From Hyphomicrobiales bacterium (lineage in GTDB: Bacteria; Pseudomonadota; Alphaproteobacteria; Rhizobiales; Beijerinckiaceae): DNA of 64,000 nt. The notes under the pieces were generated by a model. The model had not been told where the DNA came from. It did not search any database and saw only the letters and a program-made list of their open reading frames with translations. This document shows positions 54,772-64,000 of the stretch, in pieces. Numbering within the stretch: the stretch's first letter is position 1; each line of letters starts with the position of its first letter. The DNA is taken from positions 207-64,206 of the forward strand of contig CANGSG010000001.1 of assembly GCA_947456435.1 (NCBI GenBank). Reading direction: 5' to 3'. Made by a program: the position numbers and the translations under genes.

Positions 54772-55803
54772 TTACCGATTTTGAACAGACACTCGTCGTG
54801 CCGCTAAAGCAAGGCTGAGGCAACTCCGGGAAAGAAGCGTTTGTGCCAGAGCGGAATGTTGACGGGTTCCTAACTGGGCCTCACCAAGCGCCGTAATTGC
54901 TGACTGCAATGCCGACGTTGACCATAGGGTAACTTGGCGTCGGAATGCTGATAAACGTTTATAAAAAACGCGCGATTGCTTTTCGATCTCTCCAAGCGAA
55001 CGCCCGCCCTCTAATTCCTTTTGCGTGTTCAATAACAAAAAAGCATGTCTTAAAAGCGCATTGATCATGAAGGATGAGTCAAGCCCTTCCTGAATGGCCT
55101 TTTCCAGAAGCGTATCCGTGGAGCTTGCTTCACCTGAGAATACGGCGTCAACCAACATATCAATCGTAATCTGCGCCGCATTCGAAAGTATCGCTTCGAC
55201 GTCATCTATTGTGACGACATCTTGTCCATGGGCATAAAGAGCGAGCTTTTCTAATTCTCGTCGGGAGAGCATTCGATCAGCGCCGAGCGATCCGACAAGC
55301 GCTGATCGAGCATCATCGGCAATCCGCAAATTAAAACGCCCGAAGACTTCATCAATGAGCTTCGGCAAATCACGACCTTCATCCGCATAACAGGGAACCG
55401 CTACAGCGAATTTAGACCCTTCCGCCGCATTACGAAGCGCGTGTCTTGCTGGAAGATCACCGGCCTCAATAACGACGGGACACAGCGGCGGCTCCTCAAA
55501 GAGTAAATCATAGCTCGTGCCATTAGCCTTTGTGCCCGCACGAAGCCAAATCGCCCGCTTGGTTTCAAAAAGTCCAACTGTGTTCGCTTCATCTTGTAGA
55601 CGCGTTGGCTCACTTGATAATTGATCGCCATCTATACGGATGAGTTGAAAGGGATCAGACGGATTATCGATCAGCTTTTCAATGATCGCGCGGCATCTTT
55701 CATGCGCAAGTCCCGCGTCCGGACCATAAACTAGAAATACAGAATAAGCGCGATCAGGCTTGCGAAGAAAACTCTCGACTTCACCGGCCTTGAGAGCTGC
55801 CAT
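54772..55803 (-). CDS. holA: DNA polymerase III subunit delta
   Basis: 343 aa in the conserved leuS-lptE-holA order, with HolA-like N-terminus (FLVYGPD.GL). Confidence 0.85.
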   Translation of the reverse strand: MAALKAGEVESFLRKPDRAYSVFLVYGPDAGLAHERCRAIIEKLIDNPSDPFQLIRIDGDQLSSEPTRLQDEANTVGLFETKRAIWLRAGTKANGTSYDLLFEEPPLCPVVIEAGDLPARHALRNAAEGSKFAVAVPCYADEGRDLPKLIDEVFGRFNLRIADDARSALVGSLGADRMLSRRELEKLALYAHGQDVVTIDDVEAILSNAAQITIDMLVDAVFSGEASSTDTLLEKAIQEGLDSSFMINALLRHAFLLLNTQKELEGGRSLGEIEKQSRVFYKRLSAFRRQVTLWSTSALQSAITALGEAQLGTRQHSALAQTLLSRSCLSLALAARRVSVQNR

Positions 55804-55814
55804 TCCTGTTGTTC

Positions 55815-56342
55815 CTATTTAGAACGGCTAACAAAATAGGCGGCGAGATCCGTTTCAATTTGACCGGCCAATGATTTTGCTATGCGAATCTTGGCTTCAC
55901 GAAATGCGCGAACAGCGGCAAATCGCTGCGATAGACGATCAACCGAACCGGAAGCAACCGATATGCCCTGATGAAGAGTTTTGCCGCTTGTATCAGTAAG
56001 ACTATAGCGCGCTGAAATCGAAACTGACGCCGCATCCGATCCGTTACCAGTTGAGTCAATGGCAACGGCCTGGCTCGCTTCAGAAAGAGTAATCGCCAAA
56101 ATATAGGAAGCAGCCCGGTCTTCAGGCACAGCTCCACCATTCAGATTAAAGAGCAGTTCCTCGCGAAGATAGTGACCAGCGATATCTGGAATAGGCTTCA
56201 CATCAATAGATGAAAGCGTCGACTTAACGCTCTCACCATTTACCGATCCGTATAGGGGTCGCATACAGCCTGTTAAAGCTAATGAGAGGCAAAGAATAAG
56301 TCCGCATCGAATTAACTTCGAAGATGTATCAGACCACAACAT
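55815..56342 (-). CDS. lptE: LPS-assembly lipoprotein LptE
   Basis: Lipobox LALTGC, 175 aa, immediately downstream of leuS and overlapping it by 14 nt. Confidence 0.7.
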   Translation of the reverse strand: MLWSDTSSKLIRCGLILCLSLALTGCMRPLYGSVNGESVKSTLSSIDVKPIPDIAGHYLREELLFNLNGGAVPEDRAASYILAITLSEASQAVAIDSTGNGSDAASVSISARYSLTDTSGKTLHQGISVASGSVDRLSQRFAAVRAFREAKIRIAKSLAGQIETDLAAYFVSRSK

Positions 56343-58956
56343 TGACGATCCTTTGTGGAACGATGACTATCTTTTTAGGCGCTTTACCTTCTAGCGCAGC
56401 CTTTACAGATTCAAGCGCCAGAACAGCCTGTTCGATTGATGAATTATCAGCCTGTCGAGAAATGGTGAGTTCGTCACGCTTCTTACCGTTAATTTGAATC
56501 GGTAGAACGATGTCATTCTCAACGATCAGGCTGCGATCAGCTATCGGCCATGCCGCTTCCGCGATCATTGACTGATGGCCGAGCGCAGTCCAGCATTCTT
56601 CGGCAAGATGCGGCATCATGGGTGCGATGATCGCGATCAAAAATTCGCAAGCTTCCTGCATTGCAGAAATCCATTGCGGACTAACTTGCTTATCCTTTTT
56701 GACGGCAAGCTCAGCTTGCAAGGCGTTAGCCAATTCGTAAGCGTGAGCAACACAGCGATTGAAGCGTAGACGTTCAAGATCTTCCTCAACGCGGATGATG
56801 GCTCGATGCGCGGCTTTGCGGATTGTGATCACCGCATCTTCAGCAGCCGCGTCATGAGCGTTGTCAGCAGGTTTGAGTTCGGAAACATCGCCGACTAAGC
56901 GCCACAGGCGCTGAATGAAGCGCGCTGCGCCCTGCACCCCTTCTTCAGTCCAGATGACATCACGCTCGGGCGGGGAGTCTGATAGCATGAACCAACGCGC
57001 CGTGTCGGCTCCATAGGTTCCTATAATATCATCCGGATCGATCGTATTGCGCTTCGATTTCGACATCTTCTCAATCGAGCCAATGTCAACAGGCGCACCG
57101 TTTGAGAGAAGCTTCGCGTGACGCTCGCCGCCTTCATTATAAATTTCAATTTCGGCCGGCGTAACCCAATTGCCTTCTTTGTCACGATAGGTCTCGTGAA
57201 CAACCATGCCTTGAGTGAACAAGCCATCAAACGGTTCATCGACACCCGCATGGCCAACTTTCTTCATCGCGCGCGTAAAGAAGCGCGAATAAAGAAGATG
57301 CAAGATCGCATGCTCAATACCGCCGATATATTGATTTACCGGCAACCACCCATCGACCACTGCACGTTCGGTCGGACGATCTTCGATCCATGGATTTGTA
57401 AAGCGCGCGAAATACCAGGATGAATCAACGAACGTGTCCATCGTGTCGGTCTCACGACGCGCTGCCTTACCGCATTGAGGACAATCGACATGTTTCCATG
57501 TGGCATGTCGTTCCAGCGGGTTTCCGGGTACATCAAAGGTCACATCATCAGGAAGTTTAACTGGTAAATCTTTGATCGGTACGGGCACGACACCGCATGA
57601 CTCACAATGAATCACAGGGATCGGACATCCCCAATAGCGTTGTCGTGAGATACCCCAGTCGCGCAGTCTGAAATTGATCTTCCGCGTTCCCACAGGCTCG
57701 TTATTCAAGCTTTCCTTTTCAAGACGTTTTGCAACTTCTTCTTTTGCAGCATCGATGGTTAACCCATCTAAGAAAGACGAATTGCAAAGCTTGCCGTCGC
57801 CATCATAAGGCGTTTCACCTACGGAATAAGTTTTAGGATCTTGATCAGGAGGGCAGACAACCGTTTTGATTGGAAGCCGATAGGCCGTTGCAAAATCGAA
57901 GTCGCGCTGGTCATGTGCCGGACAGCCGAAGATCGCGCCGGTACCATAGTCCATCAAGATAAAGTTGGCGACATAGACCGGTAATGTCCATGACGGATCG
58001 AAGGGGTGAGTGACCCGAAGTCCCGTGTCGAAGCCTTTCTTTTCAGCCTTATCGATGAGTTCCTGTGCGGTCCCCATTTTTCGGCATTCATCGATGAAGG
58101 CATTTAGCTCTGGATTTTTTTCCGCGACCATTTTTGAAAGCGGATGTTCGGGTGCAAGCGCAATAAAGCTCGCACCAAATAGTGTATCTGGGCGCGTCGT
58201 ATAGATTTCGATTTCAGACTCACCTTGTGGCGCATTGCTCTTGTCGAGCGCAAAGCGAACCGAAAGCCCTTCCGAGCGACCGATCCAGTTCTTTTGCATC
58301 AGGCGCACTTTTTCAGGCCAGCGTTCGAGACGATCAAGCGCGTCATTGAGATCTTGCGCATAGTCAGAAATTTTGAAGAACCACTGCGTGAGTTCGCGTT
58401 GCTCAACAAGTGCGCCTGAACGCCATCCGCGCCCTTCGATAACCTGTTCATTGGCCAGAACGGTTTGATCGACCGGATCCCAATTCACTTTGGCTGTCTT
58501 TCGGTCGATCAGGCCGCCAGCCAAAAAGTCCACAAACATGCGTTGTTGATGTTTGTAATAGGACGGGTCGCAAGTTGCGATCTCTCGGTGCCAATCGAGT
58601 GAAAGACCCATGCTTTTCAGCTGGTCACGCATCGTCGCGATATTGGAATAGGTCCATTTCGCGGGATGGCTTTTGTTGGCCATTGCAGCATTTTCGGCCG
58701 GCATGCCGAACGCATCCCATCCCATCGGATGCAAAACATTAAATCCGCGTGCACGCTTATAGCGCGCGACAACATCGCCCATCGTATAGTTGCGGACATG
58801 GCCCATATGAATGCGCCCCGACGGATAGGGAAACATTTCGAGCACATAATATTTGGGTCGGGGATCTTCGTTTTTGGTCCGAAATAATTCTTTTTCGTCC
58901 CAAGTCGCCTGCCATTTCCGCTCAGCTTCACGGGCGTTGTAACGCTCGGTTCTCAT
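56329..58956 (-). CDS. leuS: leucine--tRNA ligase
   Basis: 875 aa with [11 protein letters not shown] (HIGH) and KMSKSKRN (KMSKS) motifs. Confidence 0.97.
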   Translation of the reverse strand: MRTERYNAREAERKWQATWDEKELFRTKNEDPRPKYYVLEMFPYPSGRIHMGHVRNYTMGDVVARYKRARGFNVLHPMGWDAFGMPAENAAMANKSHPAKWTYSNIATMRDQLKSMGLSLDWHREIATCDPSYYKHQQRMFVDFLAGGLIDRKTAKVNWDPVDQTVLANEQVIEGRGWRSGALVEQRELTQWFFKISDYAQDLNDALDRLERWPEKVRLMQKNWIGRSEGLSVRFALDKSNAPQGESEIEIYTTRPDTLFGASFIALAPEHPLSKMVAEKNPELNAFIDECRKMGTAQELIDKAEKKGFDTGLRVTHPFDPSWTLPVYVANFILMDYGTGAIFGCPAHDQRDFDFATAYRLPIKTVVCPPDQDPKTYSVGETPYDGDGKLCNSSFLDGLTIDAAKEEVAKRLEKESLNNEPVGTRKINFRLRDWGISRQRYWGCPIPVIHCESCGVVPVPIKDLPVKLPDDVTFDVPGNPLERHATWKHVDCPQCGKAARRETDTMDTFVDSSWYFARFTNPWIEDRPTERAVVDGWLPVNQYIGGIEHAILHLLYSRFFTRAMKKVGHAGVDEPFDGLFTQGMVVHETYRDKEGNWVTPAEIEIYNEGGERHAKLLSNGAPVDIGSIEKMSKSKRNTIDPDDIIGTYGADTARWFMLSDSPPERDVIWTEEGVQGAARFIQRLWRLVGDVSELKPADNAHDAAAEDAVITIRKAAHRAIIRVEEDLERLRFNRCVAHAYELANALQAELAVKKDKQVSPQWISAMQEACEFLIAIIAPMMPHLAEECWTALGHQSMIAEAAWPIADRSLIVENDIVLPIQINGKKRDELTISRQADNSSIEQAVLALESVKAALEGKAPKKIVIVPQRIVNVVV

Positions 58957-59085
58957 GATTTATCCGGGTGTTCTCTACATATAGGACAAAAACAGCGCGC
59001 CGACTCTTGCCTCGCGCGGGTCGGGCGGACTAGGACACGATTGCGCTTTGGGGTCAATGTCCCAAAAATGTGGGAAGGGCGGCTG

Positions 59086-59766
59086 ATGTCACAAACCGAA
59101 CCCGAAGAGATCAAGAACCGTTATCTCGCCATTCGCCAAGCGGTTCAGCGCTCAGCGCGCGATGCCGGTCGGCGCGATACCGATGTCACGCTCGTAGCGG
59201 TTTCCAAAACCTATGGACCCGTTGAGATTGAGCCCGTCCTTAGTGCCGGACATCGCATTTTTGGCGAAAACCGCGTTCAGGAGTCGCAAGGCAAATGGCC
59301 CGCGCTTAAAGCGCAGTTCCCCGACGTCGAACTCCATCTGATTGGACCTTTGCAGAGCAACAAGGCCAAAGAGGCCATCGCGCTCTTTGATGTAATTGAA
59401 ACGGTTGACCGCGCTTCAATTGCCGAAGCGCTTTCCAAGGAACTCAAAAAATCGGATCGGCGTCCAAAACTGTTTGTTCAGATCAATACGGGTGAGGAAC
59501 CCCAAAAGGCCGGCGTATCCCCGAAAGAAGCCGATGCTTTTCTGAAACGATGCCAAGACGAATGGGGCCTCACGATTTCAGGATTGATGTGCATACCTCC
59601 GGTTGATGAACCGCCATCGCCGCATTTCGCGCTTCTTCGCCAGATTGCAGAGCGCAACGGACTGAAGACTCTTTCAATGGGTATGAGTGGTGATTTTGAG
59701 GCAGCCATCCAAGTGGGCGCTACCCATGTGCGGATCGGCAGTGCGATTTTCGGGGCCCGTAGCTAG
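59086..59766 (+). CDS. yggS: YggS-family pyridoxal phosphate homeostasis protein
   Basis: LVAVSKT (PLP lysine), HLIG.LQSNK, SMGMS.D motifs. ATG 59086 is preferred over the longer track ORF. Confidence 0.9.
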   Translation: MSQTEPEEIKNRYLAIRQAVQRSARDAGRRDTDVTLVAVSKTYGPVEIEPVLSAGHRIFGENRVQESQGKWPALKAQFPDVELHLIGPLQSNKAKEAIALFDVIETVDRASIAEALSKELKKSDRRPKLFVQINTGEEPQKAGVSPKEADAFLKRCQDEWGLTISGLMCIPPVDEPPSPHFALLRQIAERNGLKTLSMGMSGDFEAAIQVGATHVRIGSAIFGARS

Positions 59767-59786
59767 AGCGGATTTTGCACTATCGA

Positions 59787-60308
59787 TTATGTAATGACGA
59801 TTTTCGTTCGCCGGTTTAGGCGTGACAGGAAGAGAGCCATGTCTTTGCGATTCAAAGCGAGGCAGCCCTCAGTCGGCATTAGGCCAGGACGCGCCAAGTG
59901 AATAAAAATGGCACTGCCTCGACCGCGAATGGCCGGTCGGGCATTCCAACTTGTCTCAATGACGATGTCGTAAAGATGATCCTCTCGCCAAAGCTTTTCG
60001 TGCGAAGGGGTAAAGGGTAACCGGACCAGCCTATTGTAACGCGCCGAACCGACATCATCGCACCAGCCCATATCGCCTTGAAGGGGGTGATTTGGAATAG
60101 TGAAGGCTCTGCTGCGCCAATGATCGTACCGCGTATAAATGCGCAACGGCTTGAGCGCTGCACGGGGCGTTCCACCATCACCCTCGCGCTTTCGTGTAAC
60201 GATACCGCCTCGTCCGATTGCGCAGCGAAGCTTTAAACCACACCCCTCAAGCATCGCTTTGGCGTGATCGAGTGGACTAATGCGAAGAAAAAAGACGGTC
60301 ATGGGCAA
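59787..60308 (-). CDS. L,D-transpeptidase (YkuD-like) family protein
   Basis: GSAIFIHLAR....PTEGCLAL catalytic His/Cys motif, 173 aa. Confidence 0.75.
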   Translation of the reverse strand: MPMTVFFLRISPLDHAKAMLEGCGLKLRCAIGRGGIVTRKREGDGGTPRAALKPLRIYTRYDHWRSRAFTIPNHPLQGDMGWCDDVGSARYNRLVRLPFTPSHEKLWREDHLYDIVIETSWNARPAIRGRGSAIFIHLARPGLMPTEGCLALNRKDMALFLSRLNRRTKIVIT

Positions 60309-60423
60309 ACTGTTGTGATGTTTGAAATATCTTGCATTTTTACAACTTAGAAGGAAAGGTCACTCTACTCAGAGCGCCGTTCATCAGATTATTTTGATTG
60401 ATGGCGCCAAGCAGGATGAAATT

Positions 60424-61083
60424 ATGCCCCGTTCTTCGTCCGTATTGATCCTGGGTTCCGATCCTCAAGAGATAGAGGCGTTAGCTGCGCAATTCGAATC
60501 TGAAATGGAATTTGAAACGGCTCACCTTTCCGACCCCGGCTTAATGCCAAATAAAGCTGATCTTGAACGAATTGATGCGGCATTAGTTTTGCCAAATGCT
60601 AACGAGGATAACTTAAAACTCCTGAGAGAACAGGAGTATCGCGGGCCAATGATCGGGTTGGGGATTGATTTCGAGGGTTTAACCGAAAGACTTGATCTTC
60701 CGGTCAAAGCGAACTTTGTCGTACAAAGGGTAAAGGCTCATATCCGAAATTTTCAATCTCGCTCAGATATGTCCTTATCGATTGGCTTCTTCAAGCTTTA
60801 TCCGGCTTCGCGATCCTTGATTTCATTAAAGGGCGACGTTCAAAAATTGACCGATAAAGAAGTCGAAATTTTACGCTATCTCCATCGTGCTCGTGGAGAG
60901 ATTGTTCCGCGCGAGGAGCTCTTAACTCATGTATGGGGATATCATGAGTCAGTGACAACTCATACTCTCGAAACACACATCTATCGAATTCGACAAAAAA
61001 TTGAAACCGATGCAGATAGTGCCAATATCTTGGTTACAGAACAGGGCGGTTATCGATTGGCTGGATTGGTCGCGGAGAATTAA
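60424..61083 (+). CDS. OmpR/PhoB-type winged-helix regulator with degenerate (aspartate-less) receiver-like N-domain
   Basis: C-terminus LTDKEVEILRYL......V.REELL..VWGY......HTLETHIYRIRQKIE is Trans_reg_C. In the N-domain, VLILGSD / ALVLPN / MIGLG replace the DD / D / T receiver residues. Confidence 0.7.
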   Translation: MPRSSSVLILGSDPQEIEALAAQFESEMEFETAHLSDPGLMPNKADLERIDAALVLPNANEDNLKLLREQEYRGPMIGLGIDFEGLTERLDLPVKANFVVQRVKAHIRNFQSRSDMSLSIGFFKLYPASRSLISLKGDVQKLTDKEVEILRYLHRARGEIVPREELLTHVWGYHESVTTHTLETHIYRIRQKIETDADSANILVTEQGGYRLAGLVAEN

Positions 61084-61085
61084 GA

Positions 61086-61544
61086 ATGGCACTCAGCGAC
61101 GACATTGACCTATTGCGGCGCCTCGATTTTTTCAGTGTGTTTTCGGACGATGCGTTGCGCATGATCCTTTTTGCCGCCGAACGCAGGAAACTCGCTGAAG
61201 GGGAAAAACTATTCTCAAAAGGCAATCCTTCGACCGGAGGATTTATTGTTGAGAATGGGCTGATTGCTTTGTCTTATGATCCCGACCAACCTGACATTGA
61301 ACGCGTTGGTCGTGGAGCTTTGATCGGTGAGATTGCACTTCTTGCAAGTGGCGAACGACCCGTTGATGCGATTGCACATACAGACGCCAATTTAATTGTT
61401 TTGCCCCGCGCTCTGATGCACCGCCTTTTATCTGAGTACCCAGATGCAGCTAAAAAGCTTGCCGATCAAATCAACACACGCTCATTGGACTTATACCAAG
61501 CGTTGCAGAGGATGGAATCCAGCGCGCAAACTAAGCAATCGTGA
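61086..61544 (+). CDS. stand-alone cyclic-nucleotide-binding domain protein
   Basis: 152 aa with L..F.....L.........GE.LF..G......F.V..G...........GALIGEIALL....R...A.A. No HTH follows. Lies 2 nt after the preceding gene. Confidence 0.75.
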   Translation: MALSDDIDLLRRLDFFSVFSDDALRMILFAAERRKLAEGEKLFSKGNPSTGGFIVENGLIALSYDPDQPDIERVGRGALIGEIALLASGERPVDAIAHTDANLIVLPRALMHRLLSEYPDAAKKLADQINTRSLDLYQALQRMESSAQTKQS

Positions 61545-62343
61545 GTGTCACCGGGACATGATCAGAAGGACGCTCCCACCCGCGTGCATCGCGATGGATT
61601 TCTGTCTTCTTGAGACTGCCGGCTAAATCTTCTGACACCCAGATATGATCGAGCCGACGTCCACGATTTGATGCCACCCAATCAGCTGCCCGATAACTCC
61701 ACCATGTGAAGAGTTTTTCTGGTTCGGGTTTAAGCGTTCTGACAGCATCAACCCATTTTCCTGATTTGATGGCAGCGTTCAGTTTGTCACATTCAATGGG
61801 CGTATGCGACACGACATCGATCATCTGCTTATGACTCCAAACATCATGCTCAAGGGGTGCCACATTGAGGTCGCCAACCAGAACCGCCTTTTTCGAGGCT
61901 GGTTTGTCTTTCTTGCCCCACTGCTTCATCTCATCGAGAAATGCGAGCTTATGCGCAAATTTTTCATTCGCCTCGGGATCAGGAATATCGCCGCCCGCCG
62001 GCACATAAAAATTATGGACGACAAGGCCGGCTAAGCTTCCAGCATTTTCGGAAAGCTCAACACTGATATGGCGACAATCGGCTTTTCCCGCGAATTGTTT
62101 GACCGATTGTGTGGCGAAGGGCAGGCGCGAAAGAACGGCAACCCCATGATAGCCTTTTTGGCCACTCACCGCGATATGACCATAGCCAATTTTTCTGAAA
62201 TCGCCGTGTGGGAATTGATCGTCCGGACATTTGGTCTCTTGCAAACAGAGAATATCGGGTTTGGCTTCTTTCAGAAATTTCTGAACAAGGCCCGACCGCA
62301 ATCTTACCGAATTGATGTTCCACGTCGCAATCGTCAGTGCCAT
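61531..62343 (-). CDS. xthA: exodeoxyribonuclease III
   Basis: MALTIATWNINSVR, CLQETK, SDH.PV motifs. ATG 62343. Confidence 0.9.
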   Translation of the reverse strand: MALTIATWNINSVRLRSGLVQKFLKEAKPDILCLQETKCPDDQFPHGDFRKIGYGHIAVSGQKGYHGVAVLSRLPFATQSVKQFAGKADCRHISVELSENAGSLAGLVVHNFYVPAGGDIPDPEANEKFAHKLAFLDEMKQWGKKDKPASKKAVLVGDLNVAPLEHDVWSHKQMIDVVSHTPIECDKLNAAIKSGKWVDAVRTLKPEPEKLFTWWSYRAADWVASNRGRRLDHIWVSEDLAGSLKKTEIHRDARGWERPSDHVPVTLTIA

Positions 62344-62430
62344 GAGAGCCCCCGCCTGATCATTGAGACCTAATGCAGAGCCCATCGACTCGGCAAGGCA
62401 CTGCTCTGCTGAATAATGACTTATCGAAGT

Positions 62431-63192
62431 CTATTTTGACGGCTTGACTGCGTCCGGAATAACAAAGCCCATCGTGTCCGGCTCGTGCTTCGTATCGATC
62501 TGGCTCAATCTTATGGTGACCGAATAACCCTGCGGATCGATCACGGTCCAATTTTTTAATAAAAGCGTTTTCCGATCAAAACCCAAAACAATGTGCGAGC
62601 TTCCCCCAAAAGTGGCTGTATCATCCGCTTCAAGAACTAGCCGATCCGGCTCAACGCGAATATCGCTGATCTTAAACTCACGGCCAAGATCGATAGAGCG
62701 GGAGAGAAGAAATTTGAGGGGCGTCAATCCAATCGAATAAAGATCGCGCGTCCCCAAACGCTCATCAATGACAGCAACATTGTTTCCATCGGCAATAATC
62801 TTCAATGCGCTCGGTGGATTATAATCAAACCGCAGTCGCCCAGGCCGCAACAATGTCAGTGTTCCGGAAACGCTCTGCCCATTCTGATCTGTTTGGGAAA
62901 ATTTTGCGCTGAATTGCTTGAGCCTTGTCAGCGCATTATTGACCTCGGTGATCACCTCCTCGCGCGACATCTCTTCAAGCAAAGGTACGCTCGGCGTAGA
63001 GTCCTGAGTAACCTCCGGCGCTTTTGGTGCCGTTGGCGTCGGAGTAATGACCATCGGTTGATTCTGCATCAAGTCCGGTGGCCTTCGTGGGGGTAACGGA
63101 ATTTTCTTTGCCGCCTCGGCAACTGTCAGTGATGCGATAAATACTAAACAAACAACGGCCGGACTCCGCGCGTCAAGCGGCATGACTGCCAT
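62431..63192 (-). CDS. lolA: LolA-like outer-membrane lipoprotein carrier protein
   Basis: Signal peptide, Pro-rich linker and a LolA-like beta-barrel region (F.Q......G.L.L.RPG.LRF.Y). Conserved position after ftsK. Confidence 0.7.
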   Translation of the reverse strand: MAVMPLDARSPAVVCLVFIASLTVAEAAKKIPLPPRRPPDLMQNQPMVITPTPTAPKAPEVTQDSTPSVPLLEEMSREEVITEVNNALTRLKQFSAKFSQTDQNGQSVSGTLTLLRPGRLRFDYNPPSALKIIADGNNVAVIDERLGTRDLYSIGLTPLKFLLSRSIDLGREFKISDIRVEPDRLVLEADDTATFGGSSHIVLGFDRKTLLLKNWTVIDPQGYSVTIRLSQIDTKHEPDTMGFVIPDAVKPSK

Positions 63193-64000
63193 GTCCGCCG
63201 GCTTCCATCAGGATCTCGCGTTTGCCGGCATGATTGGGCGCACCGACGACACCTTCATCTTCCATACGCTCCATGATCGATGCTGCGCGGTTATAGCCAA
63301 TCTGCAAACGCCGTTGGATGTAAGATGTTGACGCTTTACGATCACGGATCACAATTGCAACTGCTTGATCATAGAGATCCTGACCGGGCGATCCGAAATT
63401 GCCATTATCAAAAACAGCCCCGCCATCTTCAACATCAGCTTGATCTTCACGCGTGACGTCTTCGAGATAATTTGGCCGTCCTTGCGATTTTAGATGAGCG
63501 ACGATTTTTTCAACTTCACCATCGGAAACAAAGGGCCCGTGCACGCGGCTGATACGTCCGCCACCGGCCATGAACAACATATCGCCTTGTCCCAATAATT
63601 GCTCGGCACCTTGTTCACCTAGAATCGTTCGGCTGTCGATTTTTGATGTCACTTGGAATGAAATGCGTGTTGGGAAATTCGCTTTGATTGTTCCGGTAAT
63701 AACGTCAACAGATGGCCGCTGCGTTGCAAGAATAACATGGATACCCGCTGCACGTGCCATTTGAGCAAGTCGCTGAATAGCACCCTCAATATCTTTGCCG
63801 GCGACCATCATCAGATCGGCCATCTCGTCAACGATCACAACGATAAAGGGAAGCGGCTCCAGCTCCATCACTTCATTTTCAAAGATAGCTTCGCCTGTGT
63901 CACGATCAAATCCGGTTTGCACCGTACGAGAAATTTGCTCTCCCTTTGATTTGGCTTCGGTTACGCGGGCATTGAAGCCATCAATATTGCGAACACCCAA
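63173..64000 (-). CDS. ftsK: DNA translocase FtsK, C-terminal part (5' end outside the window)
   Basis: Motor-domain motifs ([23 protein letters not shown]) and the gamma winged-helix ([20 protein letters not shown]). Confidence 0.9.
   Translation of the reverse strand: MGVRNIDGFNARVTEAKSKGEQISRTVQTGFDRDTGEAIFENEVMELEPLPFIVVIVDEMADLMMVAGKDIEGAIQRLAQMARAAGIHVILATQRPSVDVITGTIKANFPTRISFQVTSKIDSRTILGEQGAEQLLGQGDMLFMAGGGRISRVHGPFVSDGEVEKIVAHLKSQGRPNYLEDVTREDQADVEDGGAVFDNGNFGSPGQDLYDQAVAIVIRDRKASTSYIQRRLQIGYNRAASIMERMEDEGVVGAPNHAGKREILMEAGGHGSHAA

Noticed and set aside
62316-62331. Half parS TGTTCCACGTCGCAAT inside xthA
   Set aside because: Only the left half matches (10/16 overall), and the right half is unrelated. 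This is most likely chance.

Overview
This window is the origin-proximal core of an alphaproteobacterial chromosome. Gene content and order look Hyphomicrobiales/Rhizobiales-like, with roughly 50% GC by eye. About 70 tightly packed housekeeping genes account for almost all of it: aroA-cmk-rpsA, pnp-rpsO-truB-rbfA-infB-nusA-rimP, trmB-metK, lnt-corC-ybeY-phoH-miaB, rimI-tsaB, trpS-murJ, hslVU, hisBHAFE-coaA, Tim44-mltA-Smr, secB, dnaQ-coaE-aroE-maf, hemE-hemJ-rho-mnmE-mnmG-rsmG-parAB, holA-lptE-leuS, xthA-lolA-ftsK, plus a partial tRNA-Ala at the left edge. The 380-bp AT-rich gap between hemE and the RP001-type (DUF299) gene at 45694-46073 is a strong oriC candidate. Two identical perfect 16-bp parS palindromes flank mnmG. 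I found no integrase, transposase, CRISPR, restriction or defence genes, toxin-antitoxin pairs or secondary-metabolite genes, so I cannot support a novel protein-coding system here. The least explained stretch is 5.6-6.5 kb, between apaG and pnp. It holds a ~290-nt highly structured minus-strand RNA candidate that ends in a strong intrinsic terminator with an alternative-pairing duplicate. An orphan 77-aa ORF follows it, and a cluster of CGTCATTGC palindromic repeats lies next to it. Smaller observations are a terminator-like hairpin in the rimP-nusA-infB leader and a DUF1127 gene whose SD-backed ATG is out of frame with its domain. There are also self-complementary repeats in the rpsO leader and an aspartate-less OmpR-type regulator paired with a cNMP-binding protein. 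All calls come from reading the sequence and the ORF track by eye; no searches were run.
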